A DNA stretch of 64,000 bases from Mytilus edulis (taxonomy: Eukaryota): contig NC_092347.1 in the NCBI RefSeq assembly GCF_963676685.1, forward strand, positions 5,332,001-5,396,000, read 5' to 3'. The position numbers were made by a program, and so were the translations under genes. Position 1 is the first letter of the stretch. Every line of letters begins with the position of its first letter. Shown here one piece after another: positions 51,400 through 63,930 of this stretch. Under the pieces are notes generated by a model. It had not been told where the DNA came from. It saw only the letters and a program-made list of their open reading frames with translations, and did not search any database.

Positions 51400-52005
51400 A
51401 TCATACGAGGTCAGTTGTAAATGGATGTATCATAGTAGGACCAAACACGTAACTGTATCATAAAAGGACCAAGTGCATAGCTGTATCAAAAAGTACCAAG
51501 TACGTAGCTGTATTATAATATAACTAAGTAATTAGCTGTATCATAAAAGGAACTAGTAGGTAACTGTTTCATAAAAAGACTAAATACTTAGCTGTCTCAT
51601 AATATGACCAAGTAAGTATCTGTATCATAAAAGAACTAAGTACGTAGCTTTATCATAAAAGGATAAACTACGTAGCTGTATCATAAAAGGATGAAATACC
51701 TAGCTGTATCATAAAAGGATCAATTATGTAGCTGTATCACGAAAAAAACCGAGTACGTAGCTGTATCATACTACGACTATGTACGTAGCTGTATCATAAA
51801 AGGAACTAGTCCGTAGCTATATCATAAAAGGAACAAGTCCGTAGCTATATCATAAACGGAACAAGCTACGCCGTAGCTATACCATAAAAGGAACAAGTAC
51901 GTAGCTATATCATAAAAGGAACAAGTCCGTATCTATATCATAAAAGGAACATTGTAGGACAACGTTAATGGGTATATCGTAGTTAGAACAAGTACGTACA
52001 TGTAT
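51400..52005 (+). repeat. 28-bp minisatellite, arm 1
   Basis: GTACGTAGCTGTATCATAAAAGGACCAA-type units. Confidence 0.9.
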
Positions 52006-52109
52006 CATAGTCTAATTATATGGATGTTCCGTATGAGCTAGGTACTTGAATATAAACCATGAACATGAATGTACCATATCAGAACCACGTACCTGTTCCA
52101 AAGCCTATT

Positions 52110-53000
52110 CCTACTATGATTCATCGAAAAATATCATCACTACAATGGTACATCCACGTATTTGGTTCTAATGTGATGTATCAACATATTGGTCCTACTG
52201 TGAAACATTCTCGTATTTGTTCCAAATATGATACTACCACGTATATTGTCCTACTATGGTTTATCAACGTATTTGGTCCTACTGTGAAACATCCACGTAT
52301 TTGTCCCAAATATGATACTACTACGTATCTTGTCCTACTACAATTCATCCACGTAGTTGGTCCTACTATAACACAACTACGTACTTGGTCCTTATATGGT
52401 ATATCTACGTATCTGTTCCTACTATGGTTCATCATTGTAATTGATCCTACTATCATACATCAACGGATCCTGTCATACTATCATACACCAACAGATCTGG
52501 TCCTTCTGCACATCAACTTTTTCAGGTCCTACTGTGAAACATCCACGTAGTAGCTATGATATACCAACATACATGGTTCTTCTTTAACACATCCACGTAT
52601 TTGGTCCTACTATGATTCATTCGCGTAACTGGTTCTACTATGATTCATCGTTGTATCTGGTCCTACTATCATACATCAACGAATCTAGTCCTACTTTGAT
52701 ACATCCACGTATCTGGTCCTACTATGCTTCTTCAGCGTATTAGGTCATACTATAACACAAACATGTATCTGGTCCTACTATGATACATTCTTTCATCTGG
52801 TCCTACTGTGAAACATTCACGTAGTATTTATTCCTACTATGATACATCCATGTGTCTGGGTCTACTATATCAAATCCAAGTTACTAGTTAAACTATGATA
52901 CAACCACGGATCTGGTCGTACTATGATACATTTACGTGTCTAGGTATGGTCCTATTTTGACACATCCACGTGTTTGGTCCTACTGTAACACATACACGTA
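52110..53000 (-). repeat. 28-bp minisatellite, arm 2 (inverted relative to arm 1)
   Basis: GATACATCCACGTATCTGGTCCTACTAT units; reverse complement matches the arm-1 unit at 22/28 positions. Confidence 0.88.
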
Positions 53001-53020
53001 CAGGATCGTGCTATTGGCAT

Positions 53021-53480
53021 ACGACTTATCAGTCACTCAAATCAAAAGATGTTGTAGGCAAACTCAAGTACAAAAGTTAATTTTCATTAAAAACACTAAA
53101 ATTTCAAAGTTGTGCCAAATACGGTTAAGACAATATATACTTGAGGGTAGATAACCTAAGTGTTTAAGTTAATTTAACATGTTATGAACAGTAAATGTAA
53201 AAAATATAAATATATCAATGATATTCATGTCAACACAAAAGTACTGACTACTAGGGTGGCGATACAGTTAGGGATGAAACGTCTATTAGAAGTAACATCA
53301 ATCAGTTATGTTAAAACTCTTCAAAGATACAAAGCTTGTTATTTTTTACACCAACTTGTGTTTTGTCTACATAAAATTCATCAATGGCTCAAAAATTAAA
53401 GCATTAGTAAGGTCAAATCAAAAACGAAGTTGAAGAGCATTAATTATCCGAAAATTTAGGAGAGTTGTGCCTAATTCCGT
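53021..53480 (-). mobile_element. Degenerate retrozyme-family fragments (about two partial units)
   Basis: Reverse complement matches ...CAGTACTTTTGTGTTGACATGAATATCATTGATAT... and TTGATGAATTTTATGTAGACAAAAC of the 365-bp unit. Confidence 0.55.
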
Positions 53481-53809
53481 GCTTCATCAAATTGAAGGAA
53501 AGGGATAATACACATACAATTTAATTCAAAATGAATAAAGGACACAAGACATACTAGTATTCGATTGACCAATGAACACTTGAATGCTAACTTCACGTAA
53601 CTAACTTTGTAAAACTGGAGTTATTTCAATACGAAAGTGTTTAGACATTATTTTTGCGTCATTCCACCCGTTTTGTTCATGTTTCTAATGTATGAAATGA
53701 TATCCATAAAACTGTTATATGCGTATTTACTGAATGTTTATACGATGTTTTACTTTTCGTTACAATATTATGTTTTCTATTCTTAGACATAAACCACCCT
53801 ATGCGTATT

Positions 53810-53990
53810 TGATCCAACGTTTTTCTTTTCAACTTTGTATTTTATTCAGGCTTCTTATAGCTTATAGTTTTGGTTTAAACACCATTGATGAGTCTGTTGT
53901 AGAGGAAGAACTGCATGTGTCGATGGCACTGCTTGTTGACCCTGGGGTTATCAGCTCAATAGACAGCCCATTTTTAGTTGATATACCGTT
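53810..53990 (+). mobile_element. Degenerate retrozyme-family fragment
   Basis: TTCAACTTTGTATTTTATT...ATTGATGAGTCTGTTGTAGAGGAA...GTCGATGGCACTGCT is similar to the unit. Confidence 0.55.
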
Positions 53991-56900
53991 GTAGATTTTT
54001 AAACTATTTCGCATATGATGTAGATTGGAATTATTTAAGTTCAATAATTGCTCCCATATCAGTTAAGTGGTCTGTTTATTATATGATATCTTTGTTTTCA
54101 TACAAATAACCGACAAAGCTCAACTCAAAGAAAGTTAAAGCAAATATATACTTCCGCTTTAACCAATATGCTAAAATATAAAGTGCAATATGATTAATAG
54201 ATAAGAGGATAGCATAATATTTTGTAAATGTTTGGCATGATTATCGGAGTTCTCGGATAAATTTTTCTCGACACAATATTTGAATGCCAAACATAATAGG
54301 GTGGTAAATCCATCATTGTACAGAGTTTTGAATTGTTGTAATTATGATATTCATCTAAATATTCTCTATGTAAATATAAATATCATTTTTTTAATTTTAT
54401 GGCTTTTGCAATGTACGTCATACATTGCTGCACACACTGGTTTTCACCTTTCTTAATATTTATTTAATTAAATCATCAAATAATATTCTGTTTTTATTTT
54501 GTAACCTCATTAAACACCGATAGCTATGTCTATGTCAGTCTCAATTATGTAAAAAAAAAAAAAGTAACGTCAAAATTTTGGATAAATACCATTTTTTCCT
54601 CTTAACCAGTCTTTGATATTTTTAGCGATAAATCAAATCGTTTACTCAATGTTTTCTTTGTTTAGATTACAAAAAATAAATAATTTCCGTGTCCTTCTCA
54701 TAAACTATCCAACAATATTGTAAGACATATTTATATATTTTCGTCTTCTGCTGAAAATAATTTTTTATAGGAAATTAAATGATTTATCTTTAAAATAGCT
54801 TGTTTTGTAAAAGTTATTTCTAATGTAAACTGACATTTTCTTATCAAGCTGCCAAAATCTACATTAAAATGCACAAGCAATAAATGAAAGAAAGTCTTAA
54901 TCTCAATTAGTTTGTATTGTTCCTTTTTTGCGTATTTTATTATAATTCATTTGTTCGTTGGTGTATTTGTGTTTTGAATGCATCACGTCTTCCAAATTAT
55001 ATAGTACTAGCTAATGAAAAATGAACTTTTCGTTGCCATTTTCCCCTATGGATTACTGTCTTCTTTGCATCTACACCATACCACCATGGTTGCTTTATTT
55101 ATGTCGTCTTGCATTTTTGTGAATCACTTTGTTTTCCATCCGTATTTCCGATTTAATACTTCATTTTTGTTCCCAAAGTTTAAGTACAGGGAATTCGTAA
55201 GTCTTTTAGTGAGCTAAATGAGGCAACAGTAGTAGACCCCTTGTTACACCTTGACAAATTGAAAGAAAACAGTTATGATCTACCTTTTATAAAACTAGAC
55301 AATTTTTTTCATTAGACTCGAACCAAGAGTTGTCCCCCTTTTCTTACTTTTCATGAGTAGGTTTTTGGTTTTGTTGATATTGTTTTGGTTACTTTTTACT
55401 GAATGGAAAGGGGACGTTATCCGGTATTGTTTTATTAAGGTTGATCAGACCAAAATGAATACGTAAGCAAGTTGTAGAATCGGTGCGATATTTTATTTCC
55501 GTATGTTGGTGATTTTATTATAATTATCGTGTTTTCCATATATAAATGGAAGATACAACGTAAAAATCACGAGTCAAATATTTCCTTGTCTGAATTTGTT
55601 CCTGCTTTCTATTTTTAACCAACAATCTTTTATCTCCTAGCAAAAACATGTTTCTTTTCTGTATTTGTCATAACGAATTGTAATCTTGACGTTAAGAGGA
55701 ACACCATAGGGTTACGTACACATACACATTAAAAAAGTAAATAAACATTCCTGGTTTGCACCTCAGCTTTTGCTAAGTTATATCACATACCATGTCTCTG
55801 AGAAAAACCTAAGATGTTAGAACATTGCCTGCAATAAGAATTATGCTCAAACATTTGACATTGATGAATATCGGTTTACATTCGGCACAATACTGTTACC
55901 GTCCTTACGTGTGTAACTCGAATGCAATAATGGGATAAAAATATGCTTTTAATGTATTTTGGACTTAGGTTTATTTTTAACTTTTTGTGGTAAGTATATA
56001 ATTTTATATAAGATACTTTAAGGCTGTTATTATACTTTAATTGTCAACAACATATCCTTAAATATTTTAAGTGGATAACGCTGTTAGAGAAAATATCTTT
56101 AAGGGGATTGATCACTGACATTATTGTAGGAATAGTGTGATTTTGTTGATTTTATATATATATCAGCTTTAATTATTCATTATACAAAATTCGAAAAAAA
56201 AAAATATTATATCTAATCTCTAGATAAATTATTGCATGATACTCATGTGATTTTTACCACAACTTTTTCCCTGAGGAAAATGAACTATTGTTATTTGAAC
56301 AAATTCATTTGTAAAGATGCATTAGAATTAAATGCAATTAACGAATAATTACTTCAAAATACATTCAATCTGGGAAATAACGTAACTTTACAACGAAATA
56401 AATCCCTTGGGTGAAATTTTTACTTTGAACCAACAGCTTCCCTCCGTCTTATGATAAAAGACGTACATACTTTTAATTATTAGAACCTCATGCTAAAGTG
56501 CAATGAACTAAACTATATCAGTGAAATGTCGACAAATAATTTCGTGCAATATCAATATTAGAATTATATATTTTATGTCACTTGGTAAGATGTTGCCTGT
56601 GTTTTTAGTTCAAAGTCTGACTTTATCATTTCATTCTTCATTTTTCATAAACTAAATTGACTTTCTATTAATTTGTATTGCTTATTCCATGTAAACTGTA
56701 TAATTTTTAAAAAAAAAGGTTAGTTGAGCTGTAAATTTATCACTTATTTTACTTTGACGCTTTACCACTCTAATAGTAATATTTGGTGGGCGTTTTGATG
56801 TAATTTTCCTTTATCTTTAAAATTCAATTTCTGGTTCGTATTCATTAAATATGTATTCGGTTGCAACAGCTCAGGGAAAAGTTTAGCTAAAGGTTTTGAC

Positions 56901-57444
56901 TTTTGTTTAGAGCATTTTGGTTTTGTTCCTCGCGATCATTTTACTTGACTTCCATTATGTTTAGTATCGAGCGTACACTGTAGACACGAGTCGTGCCCGT
57001 TGTAATTAGCATTAAAGTTTTTACTGTGCAATATGCAATTTTCAACTCAAGCAATTATTGTATTCGTTATATAAATGTTTGTTTAAAGCTTGAATTACTT
57101 TATGGGTTCCGACATGCTAATTGGAACATTGTTTTATGATTACTGTTATATAATATATCCTAATGTGACAACGCTATACGTTCAACGACCCTTTCATGCG
57201 AAAGTATAAGAGATATCTGTTCTAAAAGGTAAAGATGGGTTAATGTAAAGGGATGGGAAAATAAAAAAGAAATAAAAATAGTCTTAGGCTTTGTAAAGGA
57301 AAGTCAGTTGATAATTTAACAAAATATGGATCAATCAAACAAAATCTAACAAGCGGACGACCACCCGCAACGCAAGGGCAAATTTGCGTAATTTCCTGCT
57401 TTCGAAACTTATTTTCTTGATTAATGTTCATCAAGACTTGGAGC

Positions 57445-57724
57445 ACACAATCTACCGAATTAGACTATTTACCGGACTTGTAATCACATTATCATAAGCA
57501 ACACGACGGAGACAACATGTGGAGCAGGATCTGCCTACTCTTCCGATTCACCTGAGATCACCCCAAGTGTTTGGCGGGGTTCGTGTTGGTTTTTCTTTAG
57601 TTTTCTGTGTTGTGTCATCTGTACTATTGTTTGTCTGTTTGTCTTTTTCATTTTTAGCCATGGCGTTGTCAGTTTATTTTCGATTTATGAGTTTGACTGT
57701 CCCTCCGGTATCTTTCGTCCCTCT
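57445..57724 (+). mobile_element. Non-autonomous copy of the same element tail (GAGCAGGA.CTGC.TAC.CTTCCG..CACCTGAGATCACCCC family)
   Basis: Shares the tail motif with 63543-63720 (-) and with degenerate copies near 4565-4750 and 10590-10760. Confidence 0.6.
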
Positions 57725-58619
57725 ATGCATAGTTTTTATTAATTTTAAAATATATATGAATTCAATTTAGATAAAGAAAGACACATTATTAGGAAGAATA
57801 GGATCTTCAAAATAAAGATAATTATATGTATGTTGCACTATGGGACTTCTGAAAGATTTTTTTATGGATTTTGTTAACACAGAAATGTTTTTATTTGTGT
57901 CCTTTTTGATTTTCCGATATTGAGCTCATTTTGGATTAGTAATTGCCTTCAGTGTGTGCACAGTTAAAAATGTTTATGAGATAGAACTTGTAATTTAGAT
58001 AGTTGAAATACTAAATACCATTTGGGAAATTGATATAATAGTAGCTGTACATAATAGTATTGTAATGTTTCCATCTTTCGAAGTTGTAAATTTGATTTTT
58101 ATTGACCTCAACATCACCAGTTAATTTGACGAATCAAAAATTTAATTGTTTCAAAAAATGATTTTAGTAAGTTGAAAGCATTACCAGTAGCATATAACAC
58201 CTCCCCTGAGACAGAATATTTGAAAATTATTACATCTAAAGAGATTGTGTGTTACAGTGTTAAGTTGACTATACTTTAAATATTAGTAGTACTACAATAT
58301 TGTAGGGCCTGGTGTGTTACAAATTATATTTATATGGATTATTAGGCATAAGGTTATTTGCTATACCGCCATTTTAATTTTATGATTTTTCTAGTAACTA
58401 TTAGAATTAGTTGTTAAATCTTACGTTTCACGCATTCCAACACTTCACTTTGATGTCACAGTCTGCTTTATGAGTTTGGTGATTCATATTCTGGATATAT
58501 ATGCAATACCATTCAATTACATTACGTTATATTATGTGTTCATGCCTAGTTATTCGTACTGTGCGTCTCACTTTTTTTGTCTGACTTATCATTGTCATTA
58601 GGTTTTTTGTTACACTTAA

Positions 58620-59209
58620 GGTAGATTCATGGTATACCGCCATCTTGGATTGAACAATCACAGTAAAAAATCGGTCTAGTTATTTGCTTAAATCTGCAAT
58701 TTGAAGACAGATTTGCAATTTAATGGTTATACTGTTTAATAATATAAAGAAAACTTGGCAATTTATTGTATAATCCAAAATATTTAAACAAATATCAATT
58801 TTCTTGCTTTTATAATCATTTTTTTCAAACGAGCCATTTAAGGGAAGATAACTCTTTTAGTACAAAAATTATACTGGACAGATAGGGAATTTTTTTCTTT
58901 TTACTTGTAGCAAGAAAACAAGTTCGGTGACACCATTTTTTCTTTTTATTTTCTTAAAACATATTACAAAACCTATCTTTTCGCAATTTATTTTAAAATT
59001 CTATCTCATAGATTTTTTTTTATGCACACAAATGTGTTTTTCCATGAACAATCTAACCAAATTTAGGCAATTTTTAACGACTCATAACTTGAAAAATAGC
59101 ACGGTGACCCCTCCTTTTTATTATATTTTTGAAAAGAGCATATTAAAATCTTCATTCTGGCTAAAAATAATAAAATTCTGTCTCAAAAAATATTTACTTA
59201 TGATCTACC
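58620..59209. mobile_element. Kolobok-like non-autonomous DNA transposon
   Basis: TTAA TSD (58616-58619 and 59210-59213); termini GGTAGAT...ATCTACC (RR...YY ends). Confidence 0.7.
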
Positions 59210-61800
59210 TTAAGTGTTTCGTTTGTTTCGTTATTTTCCTCTTATATTTGATGTGTATCCCTCAGATGGAGTTTGTAACCCGGATTGTTTTGTTCCAATC
59301 GATTTTTGACTTTCGAACAGAGGTATACTACTGTTGCCTTTATTTATTATATTACTTCTTCCTTTTCTCTGAACTTGATATAGCATAATTAGTTCGGTTT
59401 TTTTTTCGGGTTTTTTTTTCGGGGGGTTTCCTTCTTTCCTGAATGTATTGCTCTGGCAATCTTTTACTTCATATAATACCTAATACCAATAGATGGAACG
59501 GTTTACAAAATAATCCTGTTAAAAAAATTGGCCGAAACTCAATTTGATAGCAACATAATACTTTTTCGTCATTTCTTCTTAATGTTGTCTTTTTTTCTGT
59601 ATTATTCATCTGAACTATGGAACTGTTACTTTTTCTTCTGAATCAAGATAACAATAATGATACCATTCATTGTGCAACAAATGTACGGTTTAAAGAGTTT
59701 TCATATTTGTTCAAACTCTTCTGAAAAGTACATTTGACTTCAAGATATAACATTTGTGAACAAAAATCTATTTGCAATGATGTCGAACTGTTAGAAAATC
59801 TTCTAAATAGCTTAATCGGCTGGAAACTGCTATATAGTGCATATGAATAAGATTGTATACCCTTAATTGCTATCAAAACTCAGTGGTAGACATTTAATGT
59901 TATTATTGAACTGACAAAATTCACAGGTACGATTATACGTTTTACCAATTCATTTCTCGATTGTACTCGATAACACGACTATAATATAGAACGATATTTG
60001 TAATTCATTTGGATATAGAAGAAACAATTGTGCCATTATATGGACAATAACTTATTACGGTTTGTGAATATCTTTCTTCTTGAGCTTACAGCCATATCTT
60101 AGAGTATGAACAACGAAGACGTTTACTTTGGCAAGTGCAAGATTGATTAATTTATCGTAGGTGTTGAACACCCCAGCAGCACTTAAAGGTTATAGCTAGG
60201 CAATAAAAAGAAGAATTAATGAAATTAAGATGTTACGAAATAAAAATTATAGATGAAAGAAGGGTTGCTGGGGATACAGAAGTTGACAGCTAAAAGGATT
60301 AAAAAAATATATTGAGAGGGGAAAGGGTTGCGAATTCAAGCCCTAGCATATTGTTGAAATTAACATACTCTAAAAGAATGAATCATGAGGGATTTACTCG
60401 TTCTAACAGCTTATAACTAAAACAAGTTGACCTTTAACGAATCCTCCGAAGGACGATTTGGGTATTTGATACATACCACACGTTGCAGACGTCCCTAAAA
60501 GTACCCCTCAGTTGGAAAAGCATGATCAAACTCCTTTCAGTCCCTATAACTATAACATCGGGAATTGAAAATGTGAAAAGTTGATTAAATACACTACTCA
60601 TAATATGTACGTACATGGTTCACCTTTGTAGAAACAATGATCGGATTTCTCACTGTGAACTCCTTGAAATGTCTGTACGCTCGTCTTTTAGTTTTAAAAT
60701 AATCTTCGTTAAACAGAAACCACCATACACATATTAATGATTGAACTGAATAAATAGTTCGTATGTAAATTACTTTTCCTTATATTTGCTTGTACGTACA
60801 ACAGTATGTTTTCAAATGCATATTAACAAAATATTTTATGGAATTTACGGATGAGAATCAAATCATTCGTATATTAATCTCCCGGATTATGCATTCTCTA
60901 TTATAAATTGAAATTGAAATTACAAAAAAAATCCTTATTATTTAAAAAAAACGAGACAAAAAAGGCAAGGACATAAATTGTTGATGGAAACAGGTTTTGT
61001 GAAATGTTATATACGTCAAGTAGTGCTTCGCGTCTTGTAGTTCTAAATAGATTACGACAAAGTAGGTTGATAATTACAAGTATCTACACTGAAACCTTCA
61101 TGTCTAGTATGTATATGGATTTATTATTAGATTAATGGTTAATAGCTTAATATTAGTAGGTGTTTATACATGAGTATGATGATAATAACATGCTGCAAAT
61201 AAATACATGCAAATATTGTCTGGATGTCAAATCTCAATATATTATAGAGATGCAGTTGTGTCGATAGTGAAGTTATCACGTATAGTTCAAATATTAGTGA
61301 TTAAGTCATATCGTGTTAATGATTATGTGAAGACTAATGTATATTTAGAAACAATAATCGTTAATCTTCAATACAGTAAAAATATAAATGCCATACACAG
61401 CTTTTGATATGCTTTTGGTGCATCTTTTTTGTTTGCATTTTACCTGTAATAAAGTTCTAAAACTGAATACTTTTTTGTAATTGTCAACAAGATTACTTTA
61501 TAAATTTCTCAACTGGTATTAATCTTTCCGTTTGTTTTTAACAATAAACCCAAAAATGTCTCTAATTTTAAACGTCACCAAAAAAATATTACCTGGATAC
61601 AAGGTTACTATTAGCCAAGAAACTTTTTTTATATTAATATTTCTATTATGGCTGTCACGATTTGGTTGGTTTTTTTTTTCTCTGAATTCTGGTATCGATT
61701 ATTCTTATACAGAAATTATACTTTTTGAAGGTATAAATAAGTAACATGTCGTTCATATGAATAAAAAGAGACGTAAATGCTTATGATTTACTGTAAATTC

Positions 61801-61818
61801 TTTTGATTTTATTTTCAG
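61801..61818 (+). promoter_or_regulatory. Probable splice acceptor for the coding exon (alternative acceptor TTTACCAG ends at 61962)
   Basis: Pyrimidine tract TTTTGATTTTATTTTCAG ending at 61818; the ATG follows at 61965. Confidence 0.55.
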
Positions 61819-61964
61819 ATATTAAAATAGAGATGGGTGTACACCAATGTTCATAAGACGCTGCATCAAATAGACTCTAGATCAAGATCAACAACCTTAA
61901 GATACTGAATAGAATATACTATTAAGGATTTAATTCATGATAGTTTAGTTATGTTTTACCAGGA

Positions 61965-63104
61965 ATGTCTAACGCGACAACATCTAATATTAGTGAGTTC
62001 TGTAGAGGAATACTCGCAAATGTTGCCGGTCCTCCACCATTTCTGGACCAAGAAACAAGGTTTTTCTTGACGGCAGTATTGACTTTTTTTCCACTTTTGA
62101 CAGCTGGTGGTAACGCTTTAGTTATAGTAGCGGTATACACACATAAACGTCTCCAGACAATAACGAATGCATTCGTTGTGTCCCTATCGGTTGCTGATTT
62201 ATTGGTGGCCGTATTTGTAATGCCATTTGGAATATATCAACAATATAACAATAAAGTGTGGCAGCTAGGTAAAGATTTATGTCTAGTGACTACAAGTCTT
62301 GATGTTATGTTCACGACGACGTCCATCATGCATCTTTCATGTTTAGCGATAGACCGGTACTTGGCTATATGTCGGCCATTTTTACATGAACGAATAAGCA
62401 AAACCATCATTGGACTAATGTTGGCTGCTTGTTGGATAACGCCTATTTTCATATCATTTCTTCCAATTTTGTTTAAATGGAATCTCATTGGAATCGAAGA
62501 ACTGCATGATTGCCTTTTTCCGCCAAATGAAGAAGTATGTGGATTCATAGTAAACAAACCATTTTCGATAATTTGCTCAGTTATAGCTTTTTACATTCCT
62601 GCTATATGTCTAATTCTAAGCAATATAAAGATATTTCAAGTAGCCAGAAAACAAGCGCAACATATCCATAGTTTAGAAGCTCATTTACATAAACATAAAA
62701 AAGGTAAACTAAAGCGAGAAACGAAAGCCGCCAAGACAATCACTATTATTATGGGTTGCTTTTGTGTCTGCTGGTTTCCATTTTTCATTATGAATATTGT
62801 AGATCCTTTGATCGGATATAAGCTTCCATATGCACTTTTTACAACAGCGATTTGGCTGGGATATGTTAATTCAATGCTTAATCCGTTCCTTTACTACAAT
62901 TTTAATAGAGCCTACAAAACAGCATTCAAACGTTTACTGACATTTAAAGTATGCCAAGGAGTTCGAGAGTATAATGATGACATATTCAACACGCATGACA
63001 ATTCCGATGTTCATTTACAACCGAATAATTCTTCATTGAACCATGACCCGCATAGTCCTATTACAGAAATGTCTAACTTCAGTGCCGGAAGTACTTATGA
63101 ATAA
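61965..63104 (+). CDS. HTR4: Class A aminergic GPCR, 5-hydroxytryptamine receptor 4-like (379 aa, single coding exon)
   Basis: Seven hydrophobic segments with GN (TM1), LSVADL (TM2), amine-binding Asp in SLDVMF plus DRY (TM3), CWFPFF (TM6) and NPFLY (TM7). The motifs VNKPFSIICSVIAFYIP, RETKAAKTITIIMGCFCVCW, NIVDP, WLGYVNSMLNPFLY and CWITPIFISFLPI closely follow vertebrate 5-HT4 as I recall it. N-glycosylation sequons NAT and NIS are in the N-terminus. Confidence 0.92.
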   Translation: MSNATTSNISEFCRGILANVAGPPPFLDQETRFFLTAVLTFFPLLTAGGNALVIVAVYTHKRLQTITNAFVVSLSVADLLVAVFVMPFGIYQQYNNKVWQLGKDLCLVTTSLDVMFTTTSIMHLSCLAIDRYLAICRPFLHERISKTIIGLMLAACWITPIFISFLPILFKWNLIGIEELHDCLFPPNEEVCGFIVNKPFSIICSVIAFYIPAICLILSNIKIFQVARKQAQHIHSLEAHLHKHKKGKLKRETKAAKTITIIMGCFCVCWFPFFIMNIVDPLIGYKLPYALFTTAIWLGYVNSMLNPFLYYNFNRAYKTAFKRLLTFKVCQGVREYNDDIFNTHDNSDVHLQPNNSSLNHDPHSPITEMSNFSAGSTYE

Positions 63105-63542
63105 TCCTGGTTGTGTTTGTGATAGCTGTCTAATTTATATATTTAAGTTGCTTTCAAAACTACTTTTTGTATTAGTAAACCCAATTTTAACTTAATTTGA
63201 TTAATCGGACTTCCATGAAAAGAAATTAATTCTTATTTTTAATTAGTTTTTAATAGATGGTTTTTTTTCAGAGCGTACTAAGTAATCATTAACTACGATG
63301 CTAAATCATACCCTATAGTTTCTTTACTGAATCTTGTCGGACAACGATTGTGCTTATTTTGAACTTACAGGTTTCATACGTTTATGTATTTATTATTTAA
63401 TGCTCAGTTATTTATTAATTTGTATAAGTTTTGGTATGTTGATTTCACAGCTATAAAGGTTGTGTTTTTGTAATGTTTTCATTTTCTTCAAACGATATTT
63501 GATTAATGTAAAACACCTAATAGCAGCGGCAAAATTTAGGCA

Positions 63543-63930
63543 GACGACATTAAAGGGACAATCAAAAATCCGTTAATACCATTCGACGAAAAATGAAACA
63601 GATGCCAACAACAGTCAACAATACACAACTTTGAAAACAAAAGACTGAGTAAAACAAACACCACCACAAAATTGGATGACCTCAGATGATCTTGAAGGGT
63701 AAGCAGTTCTTGTTTAACATATTGCAGCCGTCCATTGCTTAGCCAAAAAAGTCATACAAGGAGATATCATAAATCGATGAAAAATGGACGGGACAGAGGT
63801 TACAACAAGTATAGCACATCCGTAATTATCTATGACACATATCTTCAACAATCATGTGATTTCCGTAAAATGAGATATAGAAAAAAAGCAAACCTTGGTA
63901 TGTCGTATCAACTGGGAGATATATCAACGG
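63543..63930 (-). mobile_element. Decayed Penelope-like RT 3' end plus non-coding tail
   Basis: Minus strand reads TATATCTCCCAGTTGATACGA (YISQLIR) and TTTTACGGAAATCAC (FYGNH), then the tail motif GAACTGCTTACCCTTC..CATCTGAGGTCATCC. Confidence 0.5.

Noticed and set aside
52059-52550. 163-aa ORF (and antisense 91-aa ORF)
   Set aside because: Read-through of the 28-bp minisatellite; repetitive peptide with no recognisable domain
58927-59388. 153-aa ORF
   Set aside because: F/L/I/K-rich product of AT-rich sequence that crosses a transposon boundary
61949-62557. Antisense ORFs over the GPCR
   Set aside because: Shadow frames of the real CDS
62945-63271. Alternative C-terminal splicing of the receptor (AAA|GTATGC to TTTTTTTTCAG)
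   Set aside because: Weak donor and no substantial downstream coding exon apparent
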